A stretch of DNA of 64,000 nt from Perkinsela sp. CCAP 1560/9 (lineage: Eukaryota; Protista; Euglenozoa: Kinetoplastea), in the NCBI GenBank assembly GCA_965644495.1, contig CBFFSA010000003.1:930001-994000 (forward strand). Direction: 5' to 3'. Position 1 is the stretch's first letter. Each line of letters opens with the position of its first letter. The notes beneath the pieces are model-generated. The model was given only the letters and a program-made list of their open reading frames with translations. It did no database searches and had not been told where the DNA came from. Shown here in pieces: positions 21,856-32,927 of this stretch. Position numbers and translations under genes: made by a program.

Positions 21856-23205
21856 TTACCCCATTTGCGCCTTAGCCACGGGATTGTTTTTTCTTTCTTT
21901 GCCTTCATGATGCATTTGTTTTCTCTTCAGCAAAGCCTCGACAACTTCCATACACTGCGCATGTACGCATTCCCTTGACCGTCGCACCGGCATCCCCGTG
22001 CCCTCCGTCACCTCACCGTTTTCCTCCAACGAAGGTATCACCACCCATTTCTTCGGATCCCGTTGCGCACACCACAAAAACGTTTGCCGCACCCTCTCCT
22101 TATACGCCACCCCCGCACTCTCATGCATATCCAACCCCCTCCTCGCGCCATCCTCCCGCATCGCCCGCAACGCCACCTCCGGGGGCAAATCCAAATACAG
22201 CACCAACTGCGACACCGGCAGCCCCAACCACCCATGCTCAAACGCCCCCAGCGACCCCACCACCCTCTCCCGCGCCCCCTCCCCCCCCACCCGACTCGCC
22301 TGGTGCCCAAAATTCGCCTCCACGTACCGGTCCAGCACCACCACCGCCCCTTTGCGGAGCCAGAACCGCAGCACCCCCGCGCTGTCCCACCGGTTCACCC
22401 CGTACAGCGCCGCGAACAGCAGCGGGTCCACCTGCCCCATCGACCCGAACTCCCCGCGGAGGATGCGCCGAATGGTCTTCCCGCAGCAGCTGGGGTCGTG
22501 GGGGAAGTCGAGGGTGTGGACGGGACGGCCGGTGCGGCGGAGCGCGGCGACGAGCAGGGCGGTCTGGGTTTGCTTCCCCGCGCCGTCCCCGCCCTCGAGG
22601 GAGATGAGGGTGCCGGGGGCGGGGAAGTGGGTAAGGAAGTGGAGGGATTGGGGGAGGGAGGTGGTGAAGTGGAGGAGGGGGTGGGGGGTGAGGAGGGAGG
22701 GGGTGGGGGGGTTGTGGTTGTGGGTATTTTCTTCATTTGGGTCGTTTTGTTCATTTTTGTCGCTTCTTTCATTTTGGTCGTTTTGTTCATTTTTGTCGCT
22801 TTTTTCCTTTTTGTCGCTTTTTTCATTTTTTTCGCCTTCTGCAATTTTTTCGCTTTTTTCATTTTTTTCGCTTTTTTCATTTTTATCATTTTCTTCATTT
22901 TTACCTTCCGTTTCCTCAGATTGTTGTTTCACTAACACGGGAATACGTTTGGTGTAAAGCGCGTAGGTTACGGTGGAGAGGTAGCGAGGGTGGGCGAGGG
23001 GGTCGACGAAAAGGATGTCATCTTCGTCGGAAATGGAGAGAGAGGCGGCCTCCAGGGTGCATTGGTGGATGTAGTCCTGGGGGAAATGACACTCCACGGT
23101 GGCGTTGTGAAGGGGGGAGGTGTCGGAGGCGGCGTGTATGGCTTTTTGGAGGTGGAAGGTAATTTCCTCTGCTTCCTCGGGTTGTAAGTACAATATGAAA
23201 CGCAT
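21856..23205 (-). CDS. Thymidylate kinase with N-terminal extension and a K/N/E/S low-complexity linker
   Basis: P-loop LEGGDGAGKQTQ, DFP, LDRYVEAN and YLDLPPE..D.HE motifs. Confidence 0.9.
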   Translation of the reverse strand: MRFILYLQPEEAEEITFHLQKAIHAASDTSPLHNATVECHFPQDYIHQCTLEAASLSISDEDDILFVDPLAHPRYLSTVTYALYTKRIPVLVKQQSEETEGKNEENDKNEKSEKNEKSEKIAEGEKNEKSDKKEKSDKNEQNDQNERSDKNEQNDPNEENTHNHNPPTPSLLTPHPLLHFTTSLPQSLHFLTHFPAPGTLISLEGGDGAGKQTQTALLVAALRRTGRPVHTLDFPHDPSCCGKTIRRILRGEFGSMGQVDPLLFAALYGVNRWDSAGVLRFWLRKGAVVVLDRYVEANFGHQASRVGGEGARERVVGSLGAFEHGWLGLPVSQLVLYLDLPPEVALRAMREDGARRGLDMHESAGVAYKERVRQTFLWCAQRDPKKWVVIPSLEENGEVTEGTGMPVRRSRECVHAQCMEVVEALLKRKQMHHEGKERKNNPVAKAQMG

Positions 23206-23443
23206 GGAGAAAAGAAGTTGAGAAAAGGAGACCTTTTTATGCGCGAGGATAAAAAGTGAAGAACAAACGTTTCCTTAAGCCAGAACGCTAGTTCAGTAAA
23301 CTTACGTTTTTTAATACGTCCACTTTTTTTTGTCCTTCATTCAAATAGAAAGGAAAATACAAAGAAATGTACTCTCTACTTTGAATACATTTACCCACAA
23401 ACAAGAAAAACATTGTTTTCATACGTGCTCCTCTTTGTGTTTA

Positions 23444-24082
23444 TCACACTACCAATCGGTAGGTGACGTATTCCCCTGCCGTCTCCGAGGGCCGTCGTAT
23501 TTGCACCACCCGACCTCGAGTGAGACCAAAATGCCGTGCGACGGGATCCAACGCGGACATCCGCGGCAGCTGTGTCTCACGGAGCCGAAACGTCCGCAGC
23601 AAATCCTTTTTTTCTACATCCGACAACGGGATGTGGGTCGGGACTAGTTCGTGCTTGGTGACGTTAAACATGAGTTCGTCCTCCTGGAAGGGCTCAATAC
23701 GGAGGTCGCCGGTGTTGTTAACTTGGCTCACTGCGCGTCGTGCAATCGGGGACATTTGGTCCGGATACACCAGCAGAATGACCCGAGCGTTTTGAGGCGC
23801 TGCTTGAGCAGTAATGTCTTTTAACAGATTTGCCCCAACTTTTCGTTCCTCCGCGAAGCACGCAAAAAGGATGTCCTCAGGGTCGGCTGTTTTGGCACAC
23901 AAAAAAGTGAGCTGGGAGCGTTGAGGAACAGTGGTCCCCGTTGAAGAGTTGATCGCACAGAACCTAGTGGTGAACTCCTCCATCGAGGTGACACGTTTCT
24001 CCTCTGGAAGGAAGTATCCGCGGTCGGTGAGCATTTCGCACGTGTTCACGTATACACGAAACACACGCGAGACTTCATCCAT
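23444..24082 (-). CDS. RPB5: RNA polymerase shared subunit RPB5
   Basis: EMLTDRGY; NVTKHELVPTH..QLPRM..DPVARHFGL.RG.VV.I.R.SETAG.YVTYRLV. Start set at the first ATG. Confidence 0.97.
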   Translation of the reverse strand: MDEVSRVFRVYVNTCEMLTDRGYFLPEEKRVTSMEEFTTRFCAINSSTGTTVPQRSQLTFLCAKTADPEDILFACFAEERKVGANLLKDITAQAAPQNARVILLVYPDQMSPIARRAVSQVNNTGDLRIEPFQEDELMFNVTKHELVPTHIPLSDVEKKDLLRTFRLRETQLPRMSALDPVARHFGLTRGRVVQIRRPSETAGEYVTYRLVV

Positions 24083-24634
24083 TTTTAAGTCGGATAAAAG
24101 TAAAGGGGATCTAAGAAAATGATACGTAGAATGAACATTTCCTCTTTCTCTCTCAGAGGGTTTCTCATTTCTTTGGAAAAACAATACTTTCGCATAAGAG
24201 ATAAACGAAATTAGAGAAGAAAGCTCTGCTACTGTACTAGTGGAGTTTTATTTACATAACAAAACGAATTCATTATATACAAATGCACAATACGGCACAT
24301 TACTTGCACACTACGGCACCACGGAGGATCGCATAAAATCTAATCGTATCGATAAAATCTAATCGTAAAAAAACTGTAGAAACGCAAACATTCAATAAAC
24401 AACCGAATTCTTTTATCACGCAGCAATACGACGAGACTATACACTACATTGACACTTCCGACAAGCCAACTACAAAAAAAATTCATGCAATCCAGCATCA
24501 TGTCCCCACCGTATACTGGAAGAGAATTCTATTTGCGGTCTCCCAGTTGAAGTCTAACCTCTCAAATATTCTAAGAAAATTTCGGAGATCTCAGTCATTA
24601 TGAAAAAGTGAGATTATATTTTTCGTTAACGTTT

Positions 24635-26464
24635 TTACACTCCTCTTTTCTTCCGTGCGTAGACAGTGAGCGCAACAGCGGTAGCGGCCCGCAGCGCAAT
24701 CATCATACCCAGCAGTATGAGGGCCTCTTGCCAGATCGGATACTCGTCGAATCCAAAATATCGAATGACATCGGCACCATCACGAAACAAACAGGGCTCC
24801 GGCGATGGGGGACATTCAAACTTCAGTGATGGGATAAACTCGTTTTTCATAAGTATGATAAAGGTGTAGCGAATAAATGAGATTGCATTTAACCACAAAA
24901 ATCCTGGATCCAGTCTATCAGAGTTAGCTAAGAAGCCGCTCGCGAGCATAAAAGGTAGAATAGTGAGTGGTACCAATGCCATTGCCGTAGGTAAGTCGGG
25001 TATACATGCCGCCACAAAAATACCAAAGCTCTGCGCTGTGTTAGAAGCCAAAATCGATGTTCCGACAAAAATCAGAAAAGCGTTAAGATCACGCCGAAGG
25101 CCACTCATCCAATATAACGTACAGGAAAACAAAGCGGGGAAGAAAATTTGTAAAGGAAGTTCCGCTAGCGGTCGTGCCACGGCATAGAGCACTGGACTAT
25201 ACGCCGAGTTCGCCTGCTCTCGAAGAAAAATCACACGCTCAGATGCAAACACAATAACTCCGTTCATAATTGAGGACATAACTTGATTTATCACGACAAG
25301 AAACAGAAACCCCCATCGGTCCTGCACACCGGCCTGGCTGTTATCCATATTTAGATAGAGAAGACCCATGAGGAGAATGAAAAACAAGGTCTGACCCATA
25401 CGAGCATAGAAGGCAACCGGAGAGCGCACCATATTGCGAAAGGAACGACGCATTAACATGTAGGCCTGTGTCCAGAGAGAACCTCCAAGTGAGTCAACGT
25501 AGTGTGACACGTCCTCTGGAGAGGTATCTTTCGTCACAACTTGATGTTCGATCTTGTTTTCTGTTTGCCATGTACGACTCATTTTCTCAATCCCATCTTT
25601 CGATTGGTGAAGCAGTTTCATATAAAAATCCGCTGGATTGTGCCTTTGAGGAAGCTCCCACCCGAGACTCGCGAAATGAACTTGTGCTTCCGATGCAATT
25701 CCATGATAGATCACTTTCCCATTCGCCAGCAGCATCAGATCATCCAACACTTCAAAAATCTCAGAAGAAGGTTGGTGTATGGTACAAATAATCGTACGCC
25801 CATCACGGTGGGCCAAATCACGAAGTCGGTGAAGAATCCGTAGCGCTGTGACACTGTCCAGCCCCGTGGTGGGCTCATCCAACAGTAAAACTCGAGGCCC
25901 CGTCACTAACTCGGATCCGATATTCGTGCGCTTCCGCTCCCCACCTGAGATCCCACGCACGAGTCCGGGGGTTCCAATGACTGTGTCCGCACAGTGTGAG
26001 ATTCCCATGCTGGACAGCGTGCTGTTCACTAACTGATTCGCTGCGTTGTGACCCATCTGTGTCTTCACACGGGCGTTGAAATAAAGTGCCTCCCGCGGGG
26101 TGTCAAGTTCAAACACTATATCCTCCTGGGAGACACAGGAGATAAGACCTCGGTGTTGGACCGGGTCATAGGGGAGATGATTCAGTGTGACGTGGCCTTG
26201 TAAGTGGTGTGTGCGGTCTTGTAATAATCGCCTCAAGAGTGCGTTGAGGAGTGTTGTTTTTCCTGAGCCTGAGGGGCCCATGATGGCAAGGAGTCGACCA
26301 CCGTGGGCTACACCGCTGACGTCGTGGAGGAGGTATCGGGTGCTCGGGGTGTGGCTTTGACGAAGACCACTCCAGAGCGATCTAGGTGTGATGCCATAGG
26401 TCAAGTGCGCCCATTGTACGTTAATAGGGTGGGCAGGTTTAATATCAACTTCTGTTGAGCTCAT
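24635..26464 (-). CDS. ABCG (White-type) half transporter
   Basis: Walker A GPSGSGKTT, ISGGERKR, LLDEPTTGLD, TIHQP; C-terminal multi-pass membrane domain. Confidence 0.96.
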   Translation of the reverse strand: MSSTEVDIKPAHPINVQWAHLTYGITPRSLWSGLRQSHTPSTRYLLHDVSGVAHGGRLLAIMGPSGSGKTTLLNALLRRLLQDRTHHLQGHVTLNHLPYDPVQHRGLISCVSQEDIVFELDTPREALYFNARVKTQMGHNAANQLVNSTLSSMGISHCADTVIGTPGLVRGISGGERKRTNIGSELVTGPRVLLLDEPTTGLDSVTALRILHRLRDLAHRDGRTIICTIHQPSSEIFEVLDDLMLLANGKVIYHGIASEAQVHFASLGWELPQRHNPADFYMKLLHQSKDGIEKMSRTWQTENKIEHQVVTKDTSPEDVSHYVDSLGGSLWTQAYMLMRRSFRNMVRSPVAFYARMGQTLFFILLMGLLYLNMDNSQAGVQDRWGFLFLVVINQVMSSIMNGVIVFASERVIFLREQANSAYSPVLYAVARPLAELPLQIFFPALFSCTLYWMSGLRRDLNAFLIFVGTSILASNTAQSFGIFVAACIPDLPTAMALVPLTILPFMLASGFLANSDRLDPGFLWLNAISFIRYTFIILMKNEFIPSLKFECPPSPEPCLFRDGADVIRYFGFDEYPIWQEALILLGMMIALRAATAVALTVYARKKRGV

Positions 26465-26768
26465 TGTAGGACAGAAAAATAGGTAATGACTAGAAGAATA
26501 GGTGCTCAGGAATCAGAACAACTAATTTGGTAATTGCTTTTTTTTTTCAGATTGTTGTGTAACACTCTTGAAAAAAGAAGATCTCTTTTACGGAGAAGTT
26601 TTTCCTAGAACAAAGAGAAGCATTTCTAGAAATACAAATGCTTATGAATATCTTGTACTTTTATAAATTTGTTGAATATAGTCCCGGGACTCGTATCAGT
26701 GTGAGAACGCCACTACGTCTCTTTTTTTAGGACGACTAAAATCAAAAATTGCTAAAACAAAAAGTATC

Positions 26769-27206
26769 TTATACAGTAAGTTTTTCCACCTTTTTTGACA
26801 ATTCGGAAGCTACTTCTACTAGCTCCTCGTCGGTTTGAGCCACAGGTTTCCATAATTGCGCGAGTGCACCACCAAATCCACTCTCTTTAGAATCATCGCA
26901 CTGAGGAATTATGTGAAAATGTACGTGAGGTATAATTTGATGTGCTTTGGTCCCATTATTTTGTAGGATGTTGTAGTCACACACTCCAAGTGCTGTTGCC
27001 ACGCGAAGGACCATCCTTCCTAAAGATGTCATTGTCGCCTCCGGTAATTCATGAAGTTTAGCATAATGAGCTTTCGGAATAACGAGCGTGTGGCCCCTTG
27101 AAAGTGGAAAAATGTCTAAAAAGGCTATTGTTTCCTCATCTTCTGCAACTTTTCGGCATGGTATGTCCCCCGACACTATTTTGCAGAAAAGGCAAGTGTC
27201 TTCCAT
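26769..27206 (-). CDS. Histidine triad (HINT-type) nucleotide-binding protein
   Basis: CLFCKI, AFLDIFP..GHTLVIPK, HVHFHII. Confidence 0.95.
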   Translation of the reverse strand: MEDTCLFCKIVSGDIPCRKVAEDEETIAFLDIFPLSRGHTLVIPKAHYAKLHELPEATMTSLGRMVLRVATALGVCDYNILQNNGTKAHQIIPHVHFHIIPQCDDSKESGFGGALAQLWKPVAQTDEELVEVASELSKKVEKLTV

Positions 27207-27347
27207 GAAAAAGTGAATAAAAAGATTCCTATTTTCAATCAAACATTCCTTACCATGACTTATAAATGTGTCAGAAGAATCCATTTCATGACCTACGATA
27301 TCACCCACACTATTATTTTCTAAAATTGGTCACGTTTTTCAGAGATA

Positions 27348-27690
27348 CTGTACCTCCCCTAGTTATCTATCACATGTCACCCCCACTAGTTATCTGTCAC
27401 TTTTTTGGCGCTTCGATTTTTTTTTCGTCGACGATCCCCCCTAGTTATGTCACTTTTAAAAAATAGGTAAATTACTGTTTTCCAAAAAAATCTTAAAACG
27501 AAACTTACATTTTTTTCTTTTTGTGTTTCAAGCGAATGATCGTGCGTGGTGCTATTTTGTACCGTTTCTGTAATTACATGCTCTGCCCTTTTTTGTGACA
27601 GACACCCCCCTAGTTATCTGTCACACTGATCCGCCTAGTTATCTGTCACCTTTTCACGAAAAGTAGTGACAGATAAATAGGGGGGTACAG
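27348..27690. mobile_element. MITE, TA-flanked, ~26-bp TIRs with internal CCCCTAGTTATCTGTCAC repeats
   Basis: TA|CTGTACCTCCCCTAGTTATCTATCAC ... GTGACAGATAAATAGGGGGGTACAG|TA. Confidence 0.9.
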
Positions 27691-28201
27691 TATTTTTTGA
27701 CCAACCCCACAAATAAGCCACAATAAGCCAACCCCGCATGCCCAACCACCCGCACCCTACCCAGCTACCCTTACCCATCCAACCGCACCCTCCCCCATCC
27801 AGCCTGCCGAGTCAAATCTCTGTTATCGGGGGTCAACCCTAAAAAGGGCCAAATCTCTTACTGGAGGGTCTACTACTAGGGGGTCCGGTAATTCAAGGAG
27901 CACACGTTTCTGGATCAAAAATGATAGATCACTAGGAGGTGGTCACGGTAGTCAGTTTTCTTAACATCAACATGTCTAAAGACAAACGTACCAGGATTAT
28001 GAAAATACATGTACATCGTATTCATCATGAAGAAAGAATGCATCACAACGATGCATCAGCATTGGATGGGTTATGAAAACGATATTTATGAAAAGAAACG
28101 AAAAAGATGCGAAAAAGATACGAAAAGACTGTTTACGTATAGCATAGAAAATTGTGTGCGCGGAAGGACCTCTTAGGAAGATCTAATTTGTCAATCGCTC
28201 A

Positions 28202-28385
28202 ATCAATACCGCTGTCCAGTCAAAAATCATTGTAGCAATTTGATACGATTTAAAACGTTTAAATGGTTTGATTAAATCAGCGAGGAAGCAAAAAGGCGTG
28301 TTCATGTAGAGCACATTTCGGCTCTACTCACTGGAAGCAATAGTCGTCGAGTTATTCATCACGTAGATTAGAAGATCACATACTA
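28202..28385. repeat. ~184-bp diverged direct repeat flanking the Tc1-like element (partner at 30782-30966)
   Basis: Shared blocks: CCAGTCAAAAATCATTGT, AAATCAGCGAGGAAGCAAAAAG, CTCACTGGAAGCAATAGTCGT, TAGATTAGAAGATCA. Confidence 0.9.
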
Positions 28386-30776
28386 CAGGGGGGTGTACCT
28401 AAATCTGGGGGGGGGGTATAAAATTCGTATAATTTGGTCAATTTTGGAAAATAGTAGCACATTCGAGAGCTCTCGCAAATCCCTCTTGTTGAAATTGGGT
28501 CGTTTCCCGTTGTTTTAGAACTAATTTTTTTTTATAGAAAAAATACAGAATTTTAACTTGGAAAAATTGTGTTTTTTATAAATTTTCATGTTTTTTGTCC
28601 TAAGTTTTTGAATTTTCTATTGTCCGTGTCTCAAAGAAGAGTGCATTCGCATTCTTCCAGAGGAAAGTTTTCGGAGACCTCTGGTTCACCGCCCGGACAG
28701 GCCAAAGTCAACTAGCACGTTTGAACTTTGCGAAGGAACTGGCAACCTAGACCGAGGAATAACTTTCACACATTATTTGGTGCGATGAGAAGCTCTTTCG
28801 GTGCGGGTGTCGCGGAAACCAAACATTCATTGGTCGTGAAGGTGGCGCAATGAAATATTCTTCTCCTGGGATGGATCGTTGGGTAGGTGGGGGGGAAGGG
28901 TACTATGGTGTGGATGAGTGTTAGCCTCCGGTATGGATGCTTTATTCACATCTTTGAAGGGGATTGCAACATCAAAGGGGACAACTTCAAGACGCGGGGG
29001 GTATCTTTCTTTTCTAAAGCAGCATCGTGCTGCTGTAGTTGTGATGGACAACGCTACTGTTCACAACAAAGCTTTTGCTGAGAACGGGGTCAGAATGCTA
29101 AACTGTCCCGCGAAATCCCCGAGCATGACACCTATTGAAAGTGGTCCATGATGGATACCCACAAATCCGGTATCAACCTATTAAATCGAGCAGCTTTGCA
29201 CGATACTATTCAAGCTTCGTATTCTTTTCTGATTGATGATGTTAATTATGCAGAAAGCACAATAAGGAGTGTGCCAAACCGGATGCGTATGGTCATAGAA
29301 AGGGATGGCGGTCATTGCTGGTACTAATGTGAGTTTTTCTAGTTTTTTTCCAGAAGTCGAATTTCCATAAAAAACTTGCATTTAACGTTTTTGACCCGAT
29401 TGCCTTTATACAACCCCGTTCAGAAAAAATGTTACAAAAGTTTTGAGAGCATGGAAGAAGCTTTTTAGCTAATTTTTTTCGTAGTTACTCGGATACGTTA
29501 AGATAACAACGGAAAAATAGTCAGAATTCATCATTTTGCAGTACTTGACCAGAATATTTTTTATCTTAAATTTTTATTTGAAAATTGTCTACTTTCAGGG
29601 ATTTGTTCTCATTTTTCAATGTCACAAACCGACTCAAGTCTCTCTGCAGAGAGTCTTTTTGTGTCTTCCGCAACGGATACCGACTGGGAACCTTCGGAAG
29701 CTTCTGAAACGGAGTATAATTCCTCTTGCTCGACTTCGGGGGATTCTGAAGAATGCGAATCTACCTACTACGAAAGTGGTTTAGATATCTCTTTCGTTGT
29801 AGGTGAAGTCATCGGTTCGGAAAGTTGCGATTTCGAAGATCTGACTCTCCCCTTTGTTTATCAAAAATCGGAACTGAAGCACCATTCAACGTAATGATTA
29901 GCGGACCACACTTTTCAAGCAGATCTATTAGAAATCACTCAGAGTATATCAGATCACTTAGCATCCACTTTAGAATCCCCCGCCTAGAACCCCCAGAACT
30001 ACAGATTCAGCAAAGTGGAGAAGTTCAAAAGACGTCTTCCGAAGTTTGTCTCGCACTCAGAGACTGCAACGAACCCCCGGACGTACAGGTGATGGAGCGA
30101 AGGGCAGTTGAGATTACCGGTGATTCGTTGGAACTCCCTTCCGAAAATGAGGCTCTTCACTCAACCACACCTCTAGTCACGCTTAAAAAAACAATTTGTT
30201 CGCTAAATCAAACTGTGCAGGCACAGAGAAATGCAATACAGCGCTTAAAGAAGAGCCTGCGGATTCAAAGGAGGGTTATAAATGCATCTGAGGAACGAGA
30301 GGCTCGTTCAAAAGAGTACGTCCGCGTTTCTATACTCGAATCTGACGAATGCAAGATAAGGTGCCAGACGCTTCGGCATATACATGTATAGTACATGTAT
30401 CTACTTTTGTATGATAGTAAGATCTGTATTGACGAAAGATTTAATGTTTTTTCTATAATCAAATTAAGTAAATTTCACTGATGCCGGACACACTCAGCAT
30501 GGGAAAGAATGGTCGGGACCTCCTTGTGGTCTTCTCTGGAACAGTCATCTTTCAGGTGGCACTGGCGCTGACCGTCTAATCTTAATAGATTGTAGAAGTT
30601 GTAGTAACAATATGGCATGAATGGGGGTGTATGAAATGTGAACAACTAGGGTAAACGACCTTATTTCCACCAGAGAGATTTGCGAGAGCTCTCGAATGCG
30701 CCATTAAATAAATATTTTCCAAAATCGGCCAAGTTTTACGAATTTTAGACCCCCCCGATTTAGCTGCACCCCCCTG
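28386..30776 (+). mobile_element. Decayed Tc1/mariner-superfamily DNA transposon with ~95-bp TIRs, a transposase relic and a second ORF relic
   Basis: TA|CAGGGGGGTG...CACCCCCCTG|TA. The relic reads ARLNFAKE..IIWCDEKLF..MVW..VMDNATVH..CPAKSPSMTPIE..RMVIERDGGHCWY* (~28715-29327). Confidence 0.9.
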
Positions 30777-31823
30777 TATGTATCAAAACCGCTGCCCAGT
30801 CAAAAATCATTGTGTCAATTGATACAATTCAAAGCGTTTAAAATATTAGATGAAATCAGCGAGGAAGCAAAAAGTCCTGTTCATGTAGAGGAATTATATT
30901 TAGGTTCTGCTCACTGGAAGCAATAGTCGTAGAGTTATTCATCACATAGATTAGAAGATCATACTATGTATGTTACGTGTTGGAGTGGGGATCATTTATA
31001 TAGTAGTCAATTTTTGAGCAATTTTTCCTAACAAAAATGGAATGTTAACAAATTTTCTTTTTCAGTCGCTTCGTTAAGCGCGGTGGTTGTTTTCAACTTA
31101 GAAGTCACCACTGCTGCTGTACAAAATCCCAAAATACGTTCTAGGAGTCAATTTTGGAAAACCGTTTTCTACTTTTTCTTTTGGTTCAAAACATTTTTTT
31201 TGGGTCATCCCAAAGATTTCGAAAACTTGAAATGTTGGACCCCTCCTGGAATAATCCGTGGAAAATCATCGCCGTGGCATGCTCTTACACTTCCCCGCGC
31301 TGGATTTTGAAAAGCAAAAAAATTGATTAAAAAAAAATCGTGACGCACCATACGTTCAAAATCTTGAGGTCCCACCACTGTGGTGGGAGTAGTACTCCGC
31401 ACCCTCACTCCTGTCAAGCACACCACGTGACTACGTGATTCAGGACGTTTGCAACGTAAATAAATCATTTATTTAAAAAAACATTTAAAATGTTAGAGAA
31501 TTCTATGTATACGTAGTGCCAGGCATGACAAGGTGTTTACTACGCCGAAAAAATGGGGCTTTACTTAGGCAGGATCGATGAGCTACTTTGATGAGAAACG
31601 AATAGCAAAATTAAATCGTAAATTGAGTATGAAAAAGAAGGACGACTTTCTTGACACAGCGAAGAGAAAGAAAGCGGAAGCGCGCAGGAGGGACAGTAAT
31701 TTGAAGTGGCAGAAATCTGGTTTTGTAAAAAATGTGTAAATGTCCACAGGGGCGACATACAGATACATGATGGTAATTACAGGAAGAACTATCATGAATA
31801 CGCATGCCACACTGCGTGCTACA

Positions 31824-32648
31824 TCAAATTTCGAAGTCTGCGTACGAATCTGTCGTGCAGTCCGACGACGACGAACTATCAGAGCAGCTGTAGGTACGCC
31901 TCCTGTCGGACATTTGTGGGTAATATTTCAGGTTGGATGGTAGTTTTACCGTTGGAGTGTACGATGTAAATTGGTTAAAACGCAAATCAATGTGCAATGG
32001 TCTAGACTTTGGCGTGATGTGACATTGAAACTCAGCTACACCCTTGAGTAAATTATGGCTTAATTGCAGACTGTACAATGACATCGGAAGTTTGTCTAAG
32101 CTTATGGTCCCAGAAAAGCGATTTCGGTCCAGCAGTAGCACGTGTAGCACAGGGGGTAGAGAAGATAGATTAAGGTTCCCAGAAAGCAGATTGCTGTCCA
32201 ATTTCAGCTCAATAAGGGGATCAGGTAAATTTGTTAGATCCATTGTACCCGAAAAGGAATTGTACCCGGCAATTAGCGAATACAATCCGGGAGGGTATTG
32301 TATGTCTGTTAAGTCACCCTGTAGTCGCCCATGATGCGCAATGTTTACGCGAAGAAGGCTCCTTGGAAGATATTGCCAGCACAATTGTCCATTTAAGAAA
32401 ACGTCTGAACGAGGCCATGTCAGGCCAGTAATTGTTCGCGTAGAATCGCACGCAGCTCCTTGCCAGGTACATACGGATACGCTTTTAAGTTTCCCGAACC
32501 ATCCTTTCTTAGTAGTTCTCCACGACTTAGGTTTGTCGTGGAGCAGTGAAACAAACCGTTCCATCAAGTCTTCTTGTGGAAGCAACAATGAGTTGACCCT
32601 ACCACGCCTCAGATCAGCGCCGTCGTCAACATTGTAAACGGTAAGCAT
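31824..32648 (-). CDS. Leucine-rich repeat protein (LPxxLxxLxLxxNxFxGxxxL type)
   Basis: Repeated LPxxL..L..N.FSG units and a CTWQGAAC N-cap. Confidence 0.9.
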   Translation of the reverse strand: MLTVYNVDDGADLRRGRVNSLLLPQEDLMERFVSLLHDKPKSWRTTKKGWFGKLKSVSVCTWQGAACDSTRTITGLTWPRSDVFLNGQLCWQYLPRSLLRVNIAHHGRLQGDLTDIQYPPGLYSLIAGYNSFSGTMDLTNLPDPLIELKLDSNLLSGNLNLSSLPPVLHVLLLDRNRFSGTISLDKLPMSLYSLQLSHNLLKGVAEFQCHITPKSRPLHIDLRFNQFTSYTPTVKLPSNLKYYPQMSDRRRTYSCSDSSSSSDCTTDSYADFEI

Positions 32649-32927
32649 GTTGACAGCGAATTAAATAGTAAGCACGAAAAGAAGCACCTCTAGAACGCAT
32701 GCCTGATGTAGAGCCAAAAACATTTGTATATAATATAACATTTGTATAAAATTCAGGATAAAATATTGAGGTACTTCGTCAAATGACCGAAAAGTTAATA
32801 TACGCAGTGTTTATTGTAGTCCAAAGAAAGTCTTCCGTACTTCTAGTGCTCATCAAAAAGGATATAACAAGGAAAGCAAGAGAATGTGCTCTTAAGAAAC
32901 TTCTTCGCATCAAGAAGGGCTCCGTTT

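Noticed and set aside
21975-23187. Long plus-strand and alternative-frame ORFs over TMP kinase (likewise over PRMT and 59.9-61.3 kb)
   Set aside because: Shadow ORFs from stop-poor GC-rich low-complexity sequence; no domain signatures.
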